The notes under the pieces: model-generated
Databases searched by the model: none
What the model saw: only the letters and a program-made list of their open reading frames with translations
What the model was told of the DNA's origin: nothing
DNA from: a virus
Lineage: Duplodnaviria > Caudoviricetes
Virus record (IMG/VR): IMGVR_UViG_3300024346_000016
Location: 32,001 to 96,000 of that record
DNA length: 64,000 nt
Strand: one strand, 5' to 3'
Program-made: the position numbers and the translations under genes
Shown here: positions 49,038 to 58,191 of the stretch, one piece after another
How positions within the stretch are numbered: position 1 is the first letter of the stretch
How the letters are laid out: every line of letters begins with the position of its first letter

Positions 49038-50217
49038 TACAGGATTTAATAGTTCAGACTCTGGTCTTATTTTTGGATATGATACCGGCGATTTGCTAAA
49101 TTCTTATTTAGGAGAACCTACTACCAATTTAGAAACATCAAATCCAATTACGTTTGATGGATATGGCTGGAGTTGGACAACAACGTCAGTTGTTCAATTT
49201 CAAGGAAGGACCTGTTTACGGTGTCATGTATACAGTCCTGGAAATAATCCAAACTGGACTGGCGCATATTCCGGAATTTCTGCAGTCGGGGCGGTCGGAG
49301 ACGTTTTTACCCGATCTTGCGAAGTATATGTTGAACCAAATGGTAAATTTGCATGGACACCAAATGTAAATGCAACTCACGGCGGTTCCGGTGGAGAAAA
49401 CACATATTATGATCTTAGTAAAGCTGGTACATGGCAAAAGCTTGAAGCCAGTGTAACCAATACTTCAAGTTCAGTACCTTTTTATTTCTATTGGTTTGCT
49501 AGAGGCGGAGGGGATCCACAGGATGTAGACTTTGTTCTCTATATGTACAATCCACAATTAGAAAAGAAAGATCATGGTACAAGATTTACCCCAAGCACAA
49601 GGTCTACCTCCCAGGGTTTAATCGATTTAACAGGATCAAATACAATTAACTTATCTAATGTTACATTTAGCCCAACTCAAGAGATTCTGCTTGATGGCAC
49701 AGACGACTTCTTGACACTAGGCTCAGATGTAACCTTTAAAACAACCGGTGGTTGGACTGTAGAATCCGTTGTTTATTATAATAGTGTAGCTGGCGGTTAC
49801 AACAATACGACTTCTCCAGCAAACTTTATTGGAGCTGAGGGGATTGACTATAATAGCTGGTATTGGTCTGTTTTGGATAATAGACTAGCCCTATGGAATG
49901 TTTCTCCAGGATATTGGCGATATGGTTCAACAACATTACAACCAAACCGATTTTACCATGTAACCTTAGTGAGTTCGGCAAATGGATATTATTATAGATT
50001 TTATCTTAATGGTGTAGCAGAAGGTGGAGATCACGTTTCTCAAGTATGGAATCCAGATTACTCTGGCCTTAAGGTTCGTTATATCGGAAAGGGTAATAAT
50101 GGAAACCCAAGATTAGTTAATGGCAAAATTCCAATAACTAAAATTTATAATAGACCTTTACTAGATTCAGAAATTTATAATAATTTCTTAGGATATAAAA
50201 CAAGATTTAATTTATAA
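49027..50217 (+). CDS. LamG protein, long form 1, with inserted jelly-roll-like domain
   Basis: Likely start ATG 49027; SYLGEPTTNL-insert-QLEKKDHGTRFTPSTRS..DGTDDF..KIYNRPL..RFNL. Confidence 0.85.
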   Translation: MANNTGFNSSDSGLIFGYDTGDLLNSYLGEPTTNLETSNPITFDGYGWSWTTTSVVQFQGRTCLRCHVYSPGNNPNWTGAYSGISAVGAVGDVFTRSCEVYVEPNGKFAWTPNVNATHGGSGGENTYYDLSKAGTWQKLEASVTNTSSSVPFYFYWFARGGGDPQDVDFVLYMYNPQLEKKDHGTRFTPSTRSTSQGLIDLTGSNTINLSNVTFSPTQEILLDGTDDFLTLGSDVTFKTTGGWTVESVVYYNSVAGGYNNTTSPANFIGAEGIDYNSWYWSVLDNRLALWNVSPGYWRYGSTTLQPNRFYHVTLVSSANGYYYRFYLNGVAEGGDHVSQVWNPDYSGLKVRYIGKGNNGNPRLVNGKIPITKIYNRPLLDSEIYNNFLGYKTRFNL

Positions 50218-50218
50218 T

Positions 50219-51448
50219 ATGGCAATTGCACAAGGATTTGGAAAGTCAGCAAGCACAGGATTAGTATTTGCATATGATACAGGTGACATGGATAATTCCT
50301 ATCGTGGAGCCCCAGGTCAAAATTATGCATTTGGCCCAAACCGATCATATGGTGGACCAAGTACCCAAAATTTTGAGAATGGTAAAATTTTTAGGTCAAA
50401 CGGCTATACTGAAACTGTTTTTATTCCAACACTAGGTGTAAGATCAGTAGAAAGTATTGAGATCTATAATGAATATGATGGATATGGTACAAATGGAAAC
50501 TATAACTGTTGCCCAAACATATTTAATTATGTTCCAAGCGGCTGGGGTAGCTTTACGTGGCTACCTAATACAACCTATACTTATCAAATAATTTATAAGA
50601 GCGAAACTGGATATACTCATCCAAATTATATGTACCACTATGAATATCGAGCCAATGGTAGCTATATTACTGAATATGGAGTTCATACTGAAGGACTAAG
50701 GACTCATTTGGGAGATGGGTGGTACCATGCTTGGAATACATTTACTTCTCATCCAGAAGCTGCAACTGGATTTTGTGGATGTTGGCACTATGAATATTAT
50801 GGCAGAAATAAAGTATCAGTCGCCGCAGTTAGCATTGTCCCTGGAACAACTATTCGTCCGCCTAGACAATTTATCGATGAGGGCACAACCCGAACTAGTA
50901 CACAAGGCCTTTTAGATTTAACTGGAAATTCAACCATAAATTTATCAAACGTTTCATATAACAGTACTGGAGGCATCTTGTTTGATGGAACTGATGACTA
51001 TATTGATATTACTAAAAATTTAGGAACGTTATCTCAATATACAATAGAACACGTTTCATATAAAGGATCTGAAAATAAGATGCCAATAAATGCTAGAACT
51101 AATACAAGTTTTTATCAATATGGAGATAATAGTTGGGCGTATACTCACGGAGGAGTTTGGGGAGAATACTATTATCCTAAATCATTTACTATAAATGGAT
51201 GGGGTCATTGGGTTATAACTTATACTGGTTCGCATGTAAAAATATACAGAAATGGAGTTTTTGAAGGTCAGCAAGCTACTACTGGAACAGCTGACTGGAC
51301 TAATGGAATGCGAATAGGTCAACACGGACCCTATGGTGGGTATAATTGGAATGGTCAGATTGCCGTAGTAAAAATGTATAATCGCGCGCTAAGCGCAGCT
51401 GAAGTTTCTCAAAATTATCGTCACTATAAAACCCGATTTAATCTGTAA
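50219..51448 (+). CDS. LamG protein, long form 2, with a different insert
   Basis: SYRGAPGQNY-insert-TRTSTQGLLDLTG..FDGTDDY..KMYNRALS..RFNL. Confidence 0.85.
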   Translation: MAIAQGFGKSASTGLVFAYDTGDMDNSYRGAPGQNYAFGPNRSYGGPSTQNFENGKIFRSNGYTETVFIPTLGVRSVESIEIYNEYDGYGTNGNYNCCPNIFNYVPSGWGSFTWLPNTTYTYQIIYKSETGYTHPNYMYHYEYRANGSYITEYGVHTEGLRTHLGDGWYHAWNTFTSHPEAATGFCGCWHYEYYGRNKVSVAAVSIVPGTTIRPPRQFIDEGTTRTSTQGLLDLTGNSTINLSNVSYNSTGGILFDGTDDYIDITKNLGTLSQYTIEHVSYKGSENKMPINARTNTSFYQYGDNSWAYTHGGVWGEYYYPKSFTINGWGHWVITYTGSHVKIYRNGVFEGQQATTGTADWTNGMRIGQHGPYGGYNWNGQIAVVKMYNRALSAAEVSQNYRHYKTRFNL

Positions 51449-51453
51449 AAATT

Positions 51454-51461
51454 AATAAATA
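51454..51461 (+). promoter_or_regulatory. Late promoter 6 nt before the ATG (leaderless-type)
   Basis: AATAAATA-ACTTAT-ATG. Confidence 0.65.
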
Positions 51462-51467
51462 ACTTAT

Positions 51468-51815
51468 ATGAGCACACAATTTCCAAACCGCAGATGGTTA
51501 ATTATTCCATCAACTGATATAGAATCTATTGATTTTAGTCAAGTACATCAAAATTCAGCTGAGACCTTAAGATATTCAATAGATGGTACCAAAACATTTA
51601 TTAAATACGATATTACAATTGTAGAAGAGGCTATTATTTCAACCTTTATTCATGCAGAAACCGGCGAAGAGTCAACTCATACAACTCCAGTTGGAGTGTA
51701 TGGTCGTCCTGCAATTTGGCAAGAGGGCATGGCTGAATATACGCATGAAGAAATATTAGAACTTCTTGCAACGGCGGAGTGGACATCTCCCATTGATGCT
51801 AATCAGCTTCAATAA
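51468..51815 (+). CDS. Small fibre-associated hypothetical protein
   Basis: 115 aa; IDFSQV..TLRYSIDGTKTFIKY..YTHEEILELL..EWT; located inside the LamG array. Confidence 0.65.
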   Translation: MSTQFPNRRWLIIPSTDIESIDFSQVHQNSAETLRYSIDGTKTFIKYDITIVEEAIISTFIHAETGEESTHTTPVGVYGRPAIWQEGMAEYTHEEILELLATAEWTSPIDANQLQ

Positions 51816-51827
51816 TTTTTTAAGCCA

Positions 51828-51835
51828 AATAAATA
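51828..51835 (+). promoter_or_regulatory. Late promoter 6 nt before the ATG (leaderless-type)
   Basis: AATAAATA-TCTTAT-ATG. Confidence 0.65.
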
Positions 51836-51841
51836 TCTTAT

Positions 51842-52510
51842 ATGGCTTTACATCATAATCCTAGAATAGTAACATCTGGCCTAATATTGGCGCTAGACGC
51901 AGCAGATATAAACTCGTACACTGGCGCAGGCGCGACCTGGACTGATTTACTACAAAGCGGAGTTAACGGAAATCTAACTAACGGGCCCACCTTTACATCG
52001 GCGAATGGTGGGGTTATCGTATTTGATGGAGCAGATGACTATGTTAGACTGAGCCCACCTACCACCTATTCTGAATATACTGTGCAGTTTTTTTGTAAAT
52101 GGATTTCTTCGGTTGGGGTATCTGAAAGATTATTTGGATGCGATGCATTTGGAACATATACTATTTTTAATCCATATAATATTGGGTTTCACTACAATCC
52201 ACTAGGCGGGGTGCCTTCATCGGTAACACTAGCGTCTGGGGTTAATATTGGATTTGGAGCTTGGTGTCAAGTTACAGTTACTGTAAGTACTATTTCATCA
52301 AATGTTGTTATTTATGTAAATGGAATAGCTAGAAATAGTTGGAGTACACTTCCTGCAGCAAACCTTTCATCAAACATATTCATAGGCAAGCAAAATACGC
52401 TGTATGGTGCAAACTGTCAATTTGCAAATTTTCAATTGTATAACCGAGCTATTACTGCAGATGAAGTTACACAAAATTTTAATGCGCATAAAAATAGATT
52501 TGGATTATAA
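51842..52510 (+). CDS. LamG protein, short form 2
   Basis: MALHHNPRIVTSGLILALDAAD (compare MALHYNPRIELSGLQLYVEAAD at 48203); FDGADDY; LYNRAIT..RFGL. Confidence 0.87.
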   Translation: MALHHNPRIVTSGLILALDAADINSYTGAGATWTDLLQSGVNGNLTNGPTFTSANGGVIVFDGADDYVRLSPPTTYSEYTVQFFCKWISSVGVSERLFGCDAFGTYTIFNPYNIGFHYNPLGGVPSSVTLASGVNIGFGAWCQVTVTVSTISSNVVIYVNGIARNSWSTLPAANLSSNIFIGKQNTLYGANCQFANFQLYNRAITADEVTQNFNAHKNRFGL

Positions 52511-52512
52511 TT

Positions 52513-53679
52513 ATGCCAACTCACGCAGGACCAAACATATTTGGAGAAGAAACTTTAGTCTTTGGCTATGATTTAGCAGATACAGTAAATTCCTATGTAG
52601 GAGAGCCAACCACTAATTTAGCCGTTCCTACTTGGAGTAATTGGGGAGTAGATGCCTCAGGGTATAGTACAGCCGGAACCCGGACAATACTATCCCCATA
52701 TCATGTAAGAATTGATGACATCTCTTCTAATACCAGGCAATCCTTTGCCTTTTATAGTGGATTTAACGCTTCAACTACTTATACATTTTCAGTTAAGTTT
52801 AAAAAAATAGCTGGAACCCCTACATTAAGATTTCAAATATATTCTTACGTAAGTGGCAATTGGACAAATCAAACATTCCCTACAACATCTCAAATTGGAT
52901 TAACTAATAAAGAAGGCTGGCAGACAGCGTCGTATTCGTATACAACTGCCGCTGGCGCAACCGGCCTGTATTGGTACATACAAGATGGAGATGATTATAC
53001 AGCCTACACTCATTCATTTGAACTAAAGGAGATACAGCTAGAAGCCAAATCTCACGCTACACCTTTCACAGCAGGTACTCGTTCAGCAACACAAGGACTT
53101 TTACCATTAATAGGAAACAGTACGATAGATTTAACAAATGTATCTTTTGATTCAAATGCACAAACGGTGTTTGATGGTACAGATGATAGCATGGTAGTAA
53201 GTAATAACAGTGCTTTAAAGAACAACAATACTTCTATTGAGTTTGTTATTAAATACTTAGATACTCCTAATGGAGATATTATTCAATTCGGTGTTGGAAG
53301 TGGAGCATACGCTCAATATTATTACAGAGCTTATTCAGGAAATTCATATTGGAACTGGTACCCTGTAGGAACAGGATATGGAGACATTACAATTCCAAAT
53401 GCAGCTCTACCTTTAAACCAGTACCATCACATTGTAATGACAGGGAATGATCAAGGATACGTACAGTTCTACATCAACGGAGTTGTTCAAACAGGAGCTA
53501 CGAGAACTAGAAATACACAACCTTCAAACTGGACACCAGCTGATTTAACTATTGGCGGGTTTAGTTGGGATGGGTACTCATCTTCAATTATACCTTCAGT
53601 AAAAATTTACAACCGGGTACTTACCGCGTCAGAAATATCAAGAAATTTTAACGCAATAAAAAGCAGATTTAATATTTAA
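52513..53679 (+). CDS. LamG protein, long form 3
   Basis: SYVGEPTTNL-insert-QLEAKSHATPFTAGTRSATQGLL..FDGTDD..KIYNRVLT..RFNI. Confidence 0.85.
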   Translation: MPTHAGPNIFGEETLVFGYDLADTVNSYVGEPTTNLAVPTWSNWGVDASGYSTAGTRTILSPYHVRIDDISSNTRQSFAFYSGFNASTTYTFSVKFKKIAGTPTLRFQIYSYVSGNWTNQTFPTTSQIGLTNKEGWQTASYSYTTAAGATGLYWYIQDGDDYTAYTHSFELKEIQLEAKSHATPFTAGTRSATQGLLPLIGNSTIDLTNVSFDSNAQTVFDGTDDSMVVSNNSALKNNNTSIEFVIKYLDTPNGDIIQFGVGSGAYAQYYYRAYSGNSYWNWYPVGTGYGDITIPNAALPLNQYHHIVMTGNDQGYVQFYINGVVQTGATRTRNTQPSNWTPADLTIGGFSWDGYSSSIIPSVKIYNRVLTASEISRNFNAIKSRFNI

Positions 53680-53684
53680 TAATT

Positions 53685-54959
53685 ATGGCAACACAACACG
53701 GATTCGGCTCATCAGTTTCAAGCGGGTTAACCTTTGCATACGACACAATCGATACGGTTAACTCATACTTAGGGGAACCTACTACAAATTTAATTAACCC
53801 AAATACCGTAAACATCTATTCTTGGTGGGGTCGAACTGTACAAACCATAACTCAATTATCAGAAACATATAATGGTCAGCCTATTTACCGAGTTAGTCTA
53901 AGTATAGATGATGGTGATATGCTATATCACATTAGAGAGAGATGGGGAGCTGGCTCCGGCTGGTATATGCCATACGTAATATTTAATGCGAGTACACCAT
54001 ATATTGCTAGCGTAATTTACCGACCAGTATCACACGCTGATACTCGAGTATATGGACATCCAAGTAATATTGGCGGCTGGGGTAGAAATGTTGATGATAG
54101 TATAGATCTAGATGGTGGATGGAAAAAACATAGAATTGATAGAAATCATAATGTTACGGTTGGCGATAACAGGTTTTACCATATGCATACGCCTTCTGCC
54201 GAAATTGGTCAAACTGTAACTGTTGATATAACGCATAGTCAAATTGAACAAAAGGATCATGTAACTCAATTTACGCCAACCGCCAGAAGTGCAACCCAGG
54301 GGCTTTTGCCACTAGCTGGCATTTCTACACTTAATTTATCAAATGTTTCTTTTGATGCCAATGCACAAATGGTATTTGATGGAACTGACGATACTCTTGA
54401 TACTGGAATTCCGCTAACAGATTTACCGGCGCTTTCAAATTTTACCATAGAGTGTATAGTTAAGATTGATGCATACCCAACAGCAGCCTCACCAAATGGA
54501 TATGGTAGTACTACTAAAGCTGGAGTATTAGTAGGCGCTACCTATTATAGTGGAACAGCTTTATATTGGTACGGCAATAGTAGCGGAACTAATTGTACAG
54601 TATACGCTTACATAAGAGGTAATGATGGGTATAGAACAGCTGGGGCATATAACCTAACACCAGGACAATATCATCACTTAGTATTAGTAAATGATTATAC
54701 AAATAGTTCTATTAACCTATATGCTAATGGGGTACTCAACGGCACATATGCCGGTCCAACTCAAGATTATAATCCAGGATTAACTCCATCTGCTGGTAAT
54801 ATTGGAATTAATAAAGCCCAAGTAGATGGAGGCGGCACCCAAGTTTACTCGAATTTACCCTGTTTAGTACCGATTACTAAAATTTATAACAGATCTCTCT
54901 CATCCGCGGAAGTTACGCAAAACTTTAAGAAGTACCAAACCCGATTTGGACTAGCTTAG
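53685..54959 (+). CDS. LamG protein, long form 4
   Basis: SYLGEPTTNL-insert-QIEQKDHVTQFTPTARSATQGLL..FDGTDD..KIYNRSLS..RFGLA. Confidence 0.85.
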   Translation: MATQHGFGSSVSSGLTFAYDTIDTVNSYLGEPTTNLINPNTVNIYSWWGRTVQTITQLSETYNGQPIYRVSLSIDDGDMLYHIRERWGAGSGWYMPYVIFNASTPYIASVIYRPVSHADTRVYGHPSNIGGWGRNVDDSIDLDGGWKKHRIDRNHNVTVGDNRFYHMHTPSAEIGQTVTVDITHSQIEQKDHVTQFTPTARSATQGLLPLAGISTLNLSNVSFDANAQMVFDGTDDTLDTGIPLTDLPALSNFTIECIVKIDAYPTAASPNGYGSTTKAGVLVGATYYSGTALYWYGNSSGTNCTVYAYIRGNDGYRTAGAYNLTPGQYHHLVLVNDYTNSSINLYANGVLNGTYAGPTQDYNPGLTPSAGNIGINKAQVDGGGTQVYSNLPCLVPITKIYNRSLSSAEVTQNFKKYQTRFGLA

Positions 54960-54964
54960 TACTA

Positions 54965-54972
54965 GATAAATA
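54965..54972 (+). promoter_or_regulatory. Late promoter GATAAATA
   Basis: Intergenic, upstream of ATG 54992. Confidence 0.6.
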
Positions 54973-54991
54973 ATAAAAAATATTGTATACA

Positions 54992-55342
54992 ATGTTAAAA
55001 GTAAAAATCGAATCGATTACCGGATTTGGCAAAACTGCAGAATTTGCTACTATTCACTTAATGCACTATGACTTAGCATCAGGCGGAGCTTCTGCTACTG
55101 TTAATTTATATGAAAACGATCCTATGCCAGGATCACCAGCTACTCCAGCTGTTCAAATTATGACTAAGCACATTACCTGCACATCAGAAGATACCTCTAC
55201 TTGGGGTACTGAAGATATGGTATTTGTTGATATGGTATTGACTAAAGCAGGTCTAGTTAGAGATACTGAATGGGTTCAACCCGCACCTACTCCAGTAACT
55301 CCTGCACCAGCTACTCCGCCAGCTGAACCAGAATTACCGTAA
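54992..55342 (+). CDS. Small fibre-associated protein with Pro-rich tail
   Basis: Likely ATG at 54992; ends QPAPTPVTPAPATPPAEPELP; flanked by a promoter and a terminator. Confidence 0.65.
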   Translation: MLKVKIESITGFGKTAEFATIHLMHYDLASGGASATVNLYENDPMPGSPATPAVQIMTKHITCTSEDTSTWGTEDMVFVDMVLTKAGLVRDTEWVQPAPTPVTPAPATPPAEPELP

Positions 55343-55360
55343 TCTGATTTTTTAATCTTT

Positions 55361-55392
55361 AAAAGGGGAAAATTTTTTATTCCCCTTTTTTT
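55361..55392 (+). terminator. Rho-independent terminator (possibly bidirectional)
   Basis: AAAAGGGGAA..TTCCCCTTTT stem followed by a T run. Confidence 0.8.
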
Positions 55393-55449
55393 ATGAAATA
55401 AAACCTGATACTAAAACTATAGTATAAGAAACAAAAAAGTAACAACTTC

Positions 55450-55899
55450 ATGAAGAACTTAACAGTAAAACTTTTTGAAATCTACTCTCTACAAAGCGAA
55501 CTTAGCGGCTTGATCAACCAGCAAACTGGGGAGAAGATAAAAACCGGTATTCTAGACGAAGAAATTGGTCTTGTGGCTAAATACTGGATTAATCAATTAA
55601 ATGACATTGTGTTAGCCGAGGTAAAAACCTTAGATACACAACGTGAGGAACTGATCAAAAAATACGGTACAGCTGACGACCAAGGTGGAGTTTCTCTACA
55701 AATGGTTATCAAGGAAATGGACAAAGACGGCAAAGAGGTTTCTAAAATGAATCCTAAATTTGCTGAATTTAACACCGAGTTCAATGGCTTATTAAGTCAA
55801 GAAAAGGAATTGTCGTATCATCCAATTAAATTGGAAACACTTAATGATGTAAAAAGTAGTAATAACTACCCTACATTCTTTAAGTTTGTAGAAGCATAA
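55450..55899 (+). CDS. Hypothetical helical protein, possible fibre assembly chaperone
   Basis: 149 aa; QREELIKKYG..FNTEFNGLLSQEKE resembles small proteins found after phage fibre genes. Confidence 0.55.
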   Translation: MKNLTVKLFEIYSLQSELSGLINQQTGEKIKTGILDEEIGLVAKYWINQLNDIVLAEVKTLDTQREELIKKYGTADDQGGVSLQMVIKEMDKDGKEVSKMNPKFAEFNTEFNGLLSQEKELSYHPIKLETLNDVKSSNNYPTFFKFVEA

Positions 55900-55922
55900 T
55901 CGCCAACCCTACTACTACCGCG

Positions 55923-55952
55923 AAAAGGCTGTACGCAAGTGCAGCCTTTTTT
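55923..55952 (+). terminator. Rho-independent terminator with GCAA tetraloop
   Basis: AAAAGGCTGTAC-GCAA-GTGCAGCCTTTTTT. Confidence 0.88.
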
Positions 55953-55962
55953 GGTTAGCCTA

Positions 55963-55970
55963 AATAAATA
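55963..55970 (+). promoter_or_regulatory. Late promoter 6 nt before the ATG (leaderless-type)
   Basis: AATAAATA-ATCTAT-ATG, just after a terminator. Confidence 0.68.
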
Positions 55971-55976
55971 ATCTAT

Positions 55977-56609
55977 ATGATACTAAGCGCAAGACAAAAC
56001 GGATTCCTAATAAGTTTCCCAGATACTTTCTTCTCTAAGCAGATAAGTAAGAAATACGAGAAATATTATAATAGCCTTATTATGCCGTATGAGACTATTG
56101 AAGATTTCATGGCATCGACTATTCAGTCAGTTACATTTAATGGCTTTACTGTGCCAATGGTAAGTCAAGTAAGACCTCTTGGTAAAATACAAGAGTTTCA
56201 TAGTGCAAAGCCAATTGCTGAAATGTTTGAACGTAAATTTACAATCAAATTTAAGTTAAGTGATGCCTACCTAAATTATTTTATCTTTTTAGATAATGCG
56301 CTTAACTATTTAGATCAAGGTAACCTAGAACCAACTAACTTACGTCGATCTCTAAATGGTGTTGGTAAACCATTTGTGCAAGATCCTCAGGGTATTACAA
56401 TGGATCCAATCAGATTAACTCTCTTAAATAATGAAGGTTATGCAGTTTCGTCGATTGTATTTAATCACCCAATTCTATCGGGCATGACTAATATTTCACT
56501 GTCATATAATGAAAATGCTCCAAAATTTAATACATTTGAAGTATCATTCCAATTCTATAACTTTGATATTGCCCTAGATTTTGGTGAGGGTCTTAACTAT
56601 ATTGGTTAA
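55977..56609 (+). CDS. Tail tube-fold protein (T4 gp3/gp19/gp54-like)
   Basis: IQSVTFNG..FTIKFKL..YLNYF..LTLLNN..IVFNHP..LSY..FEVSFQF follows the tube-fold pattern. Confidence 0.55.
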   Translation: MILSARQNGFLISFPDTFFSKQISKKYEKYYNSLIMPYETIEDFMASTIQSVTFNGFTVPMVSQVRPLGKIQEFHSAKPIAEMFERKFTIKFKLSDAYLNYFIFLDNALNYLDQGNLEPTNLRRSLNGVGKPFVQDPQGITMDPIRLTLLNNEGYAVSSIVFNHPILSGMTNISLSYNENAPKFNTFEVSFQFYNFDIALDFGEGLNYIG

Positions 56610-57409
56610 ATATAGGAATCTAGTGTAACACTAGTTGGCAAAGGTAATCCTTCTTCTTTTAATTTCTCAGTGTAGGCCACGATAATCTCCTGTTTATTTG
56701 GATAGAGCGGAGATTTTATAAAAAGATCAAAAGTTTTCTTAAAGGTATTCCATTCGCTAAATGGTAGGGGCTGACCAAAAATTGCTTTAGCCATATCTTC
56801 TGCTGACTCAGCTATTAATTGACGATCCATAATTTTATAGTTAACCTTTTTCATCTCTTTAACAATCTTATAGAGACCGTCTGGTCTTAACATATAGCCT
56901 GTAAATTTAGAAGGGCTAGCTGGGTCGCCTTCAATATCTTCCTTTCGCGAATCTAATACAGTAAATAGGAAATAGACACGGTGTTTAGTTGTATCTGGAT
57001 CCTCTTCAATATTTTTATAGAAAATATCAGTTGCCTCTTTATTTGCAGTTTGAGGTCTTACGAAAATATCAATTTGTACTGGCTCGTGACCAGTTGGTGT
57101 AAAATTAGTTGATACAATATTAAAACCATAGAATGCTTTTGCATCAATTCCTTGAGCTTTACATAGCTCTACAATTTTAGGAAGTTCCAAATCTGTGTAT
57201 ACCAGGCAATCAATATCGCCTGAAATAGGTTTCTGTTTCCAGCTGCCAATCGGTTCACCAGGCTGGCTTCCGAGTATTCCCTGGACTACCTTATCGTTAA
57301 ACTCTGCAACGATTCTTTGGATATCTTCGCGCTTAACTGAAACTGTTTCAGGAAAGGCATTACCTCCTTCATTAAGGACAAATTTTCGGTATTCTAATAG
57401 GTATTTCAT
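56606..57409 (-). CDS. Pol-beta superfamily nucleotidyltransferase with T4 capsid-targeting-like leader
   Basis: IGSWKQKPISGDIDCLV (GS..DxD) and PVQIDIFV (third Asp); probable start ATG 57409 by TAATG coupling, giving MKYLLEYRKFVLNE-GGNAF. Confidence 0.75.
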   Translation of the reverse strand: MKYLLEYRKFVLNEGGNAFPETVSVKREDIQRIVAEFNDKVVQGILGSQPGEPIGSWKQKPISGDIDCLVYTDLELPKIVELCKAQGIDAKAFYGFNIVSTNFTPTGHEPVQIDIFVRPQTANKEATDIFYKNIEEDPDTTKHRVYFLFTVLDSRKEDIEGDPASPSKFTGYMLRPDGLYKIVKEMKKVNYKIMDRQLIAESAEDMAKAIFGQPLPFSEWNTFKKTFDLFIKSPLYPNKQEIIVAYTEKLKEEGLPLPTSVTLDSYI

Positions 57410-58158
57410 TATTCTGTGCCGTCTATCCAAGTTTTACCATCTAATTGACCAGAATCATTATCAACTGTCTTCATTAAGATTTGGTCGATAACATTTCCTC
57501 TAAACATTTCCGTAGTTTTATCAAAGCTTGGAAAGTAGGTCTCAATTTCAATTTGAAATGTGATAGTTATTTTATTATTGTCAGTGTACGAAAATTTGTA
57601 GGCTTTATCATTTGTTGCCTGATCTGGAAAAACAAATAGAGCAGGAATCCTGATTCCTCTATATTGAAAATACATTACTCGATTACTATAGAAAAGATCA
57701 AATAGTTTTTCAGTTGCCTTAAATGTTTTATTAAGATTATCTACAATAATCTTTGCATCAAAGTTTACTTTAAGTGGCAGGGAATAGAGTCTTGCTGAAT
57801 AGGCTTTACTTTTCTTTGCATCATTTTCATCAAATTCATCGCGCTGAAAGGTTCCTCTAACATACTTATTAACAAGATCCGACGATTTTACATTAAATGA
57901 ACTTAAGGTAATAATTCCTCTTGGAATAGGATCATAGTTACCTTCTGCCATTTGTGAAATTTTACAGGTAGAAGGAATTCCTATAAAGAAATCTTGCATA
58001 AAGCCTTCGTCGGTTCCTTGATTAAAGTAAAAAGGAATTGTATGAATTTCTGGGCGGTCGTCACGCCATAATTCAATCTCCAACTGTCTATTTAATAGAT
58101 CCAGTAGGGAGATTGTAAGATTACGTAGGAATATATCCTGAGTATTTGTATTCTTCAT
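57409..58158 (-). CDS. T4 gp15-like tail completion/sheath terminator protein
   Basis: LRNLTISLLDLLN..IPFYF..IPRGII..LPLKVNFDAKII..EKLFDLF follows the gp15 layout; late promoter upstream. Confidence 0.6.
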   Translation of the reverse strand: MKNTNTQDIFLRNLTISLLDLLNRQLEIELWRDDRPEIHTIPFYFNQGTDEGFMQDFFIGIPSTCKISQMAEGNYDPIPRGIITLSSFNVKSSDLVNKYVRGTFQRDEFDENDAKKSKAYSARLYSLPLKVNFDAKIIVDNLNKTFKATEKLFDLFYSNRVMYFQYRGIRIPALFVFPDQATNDKAYKFSYTDNNKITITFQIEIETYFPSFDKTTEMFRGNVIDQILMKTVDNDSGQLDGKTWIDGTE

Positions 58159-58163
58159 ATGGT

Positions 58164-58171
58164 TATTTATT
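58164..58171 (-). promoter_or_regulatory. Late promoter 5 nt before the ATG (leaderless-type)
   Basis: Minus strand AATAAATA-ACCAT-ATG. Confidence 0.62.
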
Positions 58172-58191
58172 CGCCAAGAAAAATACTGGAG

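Noticed and set aside
35219-54959. Diversity-generating retroelement or invertase shufflon behind the fibre and LamG repeats
   Set aside because: No reverse transcriptase or recombinase in the window; repeat differences are synonymous rather than adenine-specific; all copies are in direct orientation inside coding sequence.
57410-57430. Track start MDRRHRI for the nucleotidyltransferase
   Set aside because: It overlaps the upstream gene; the ATG at 57409 gives the TAATG coupling used elsewhere and exposes the leader motif.
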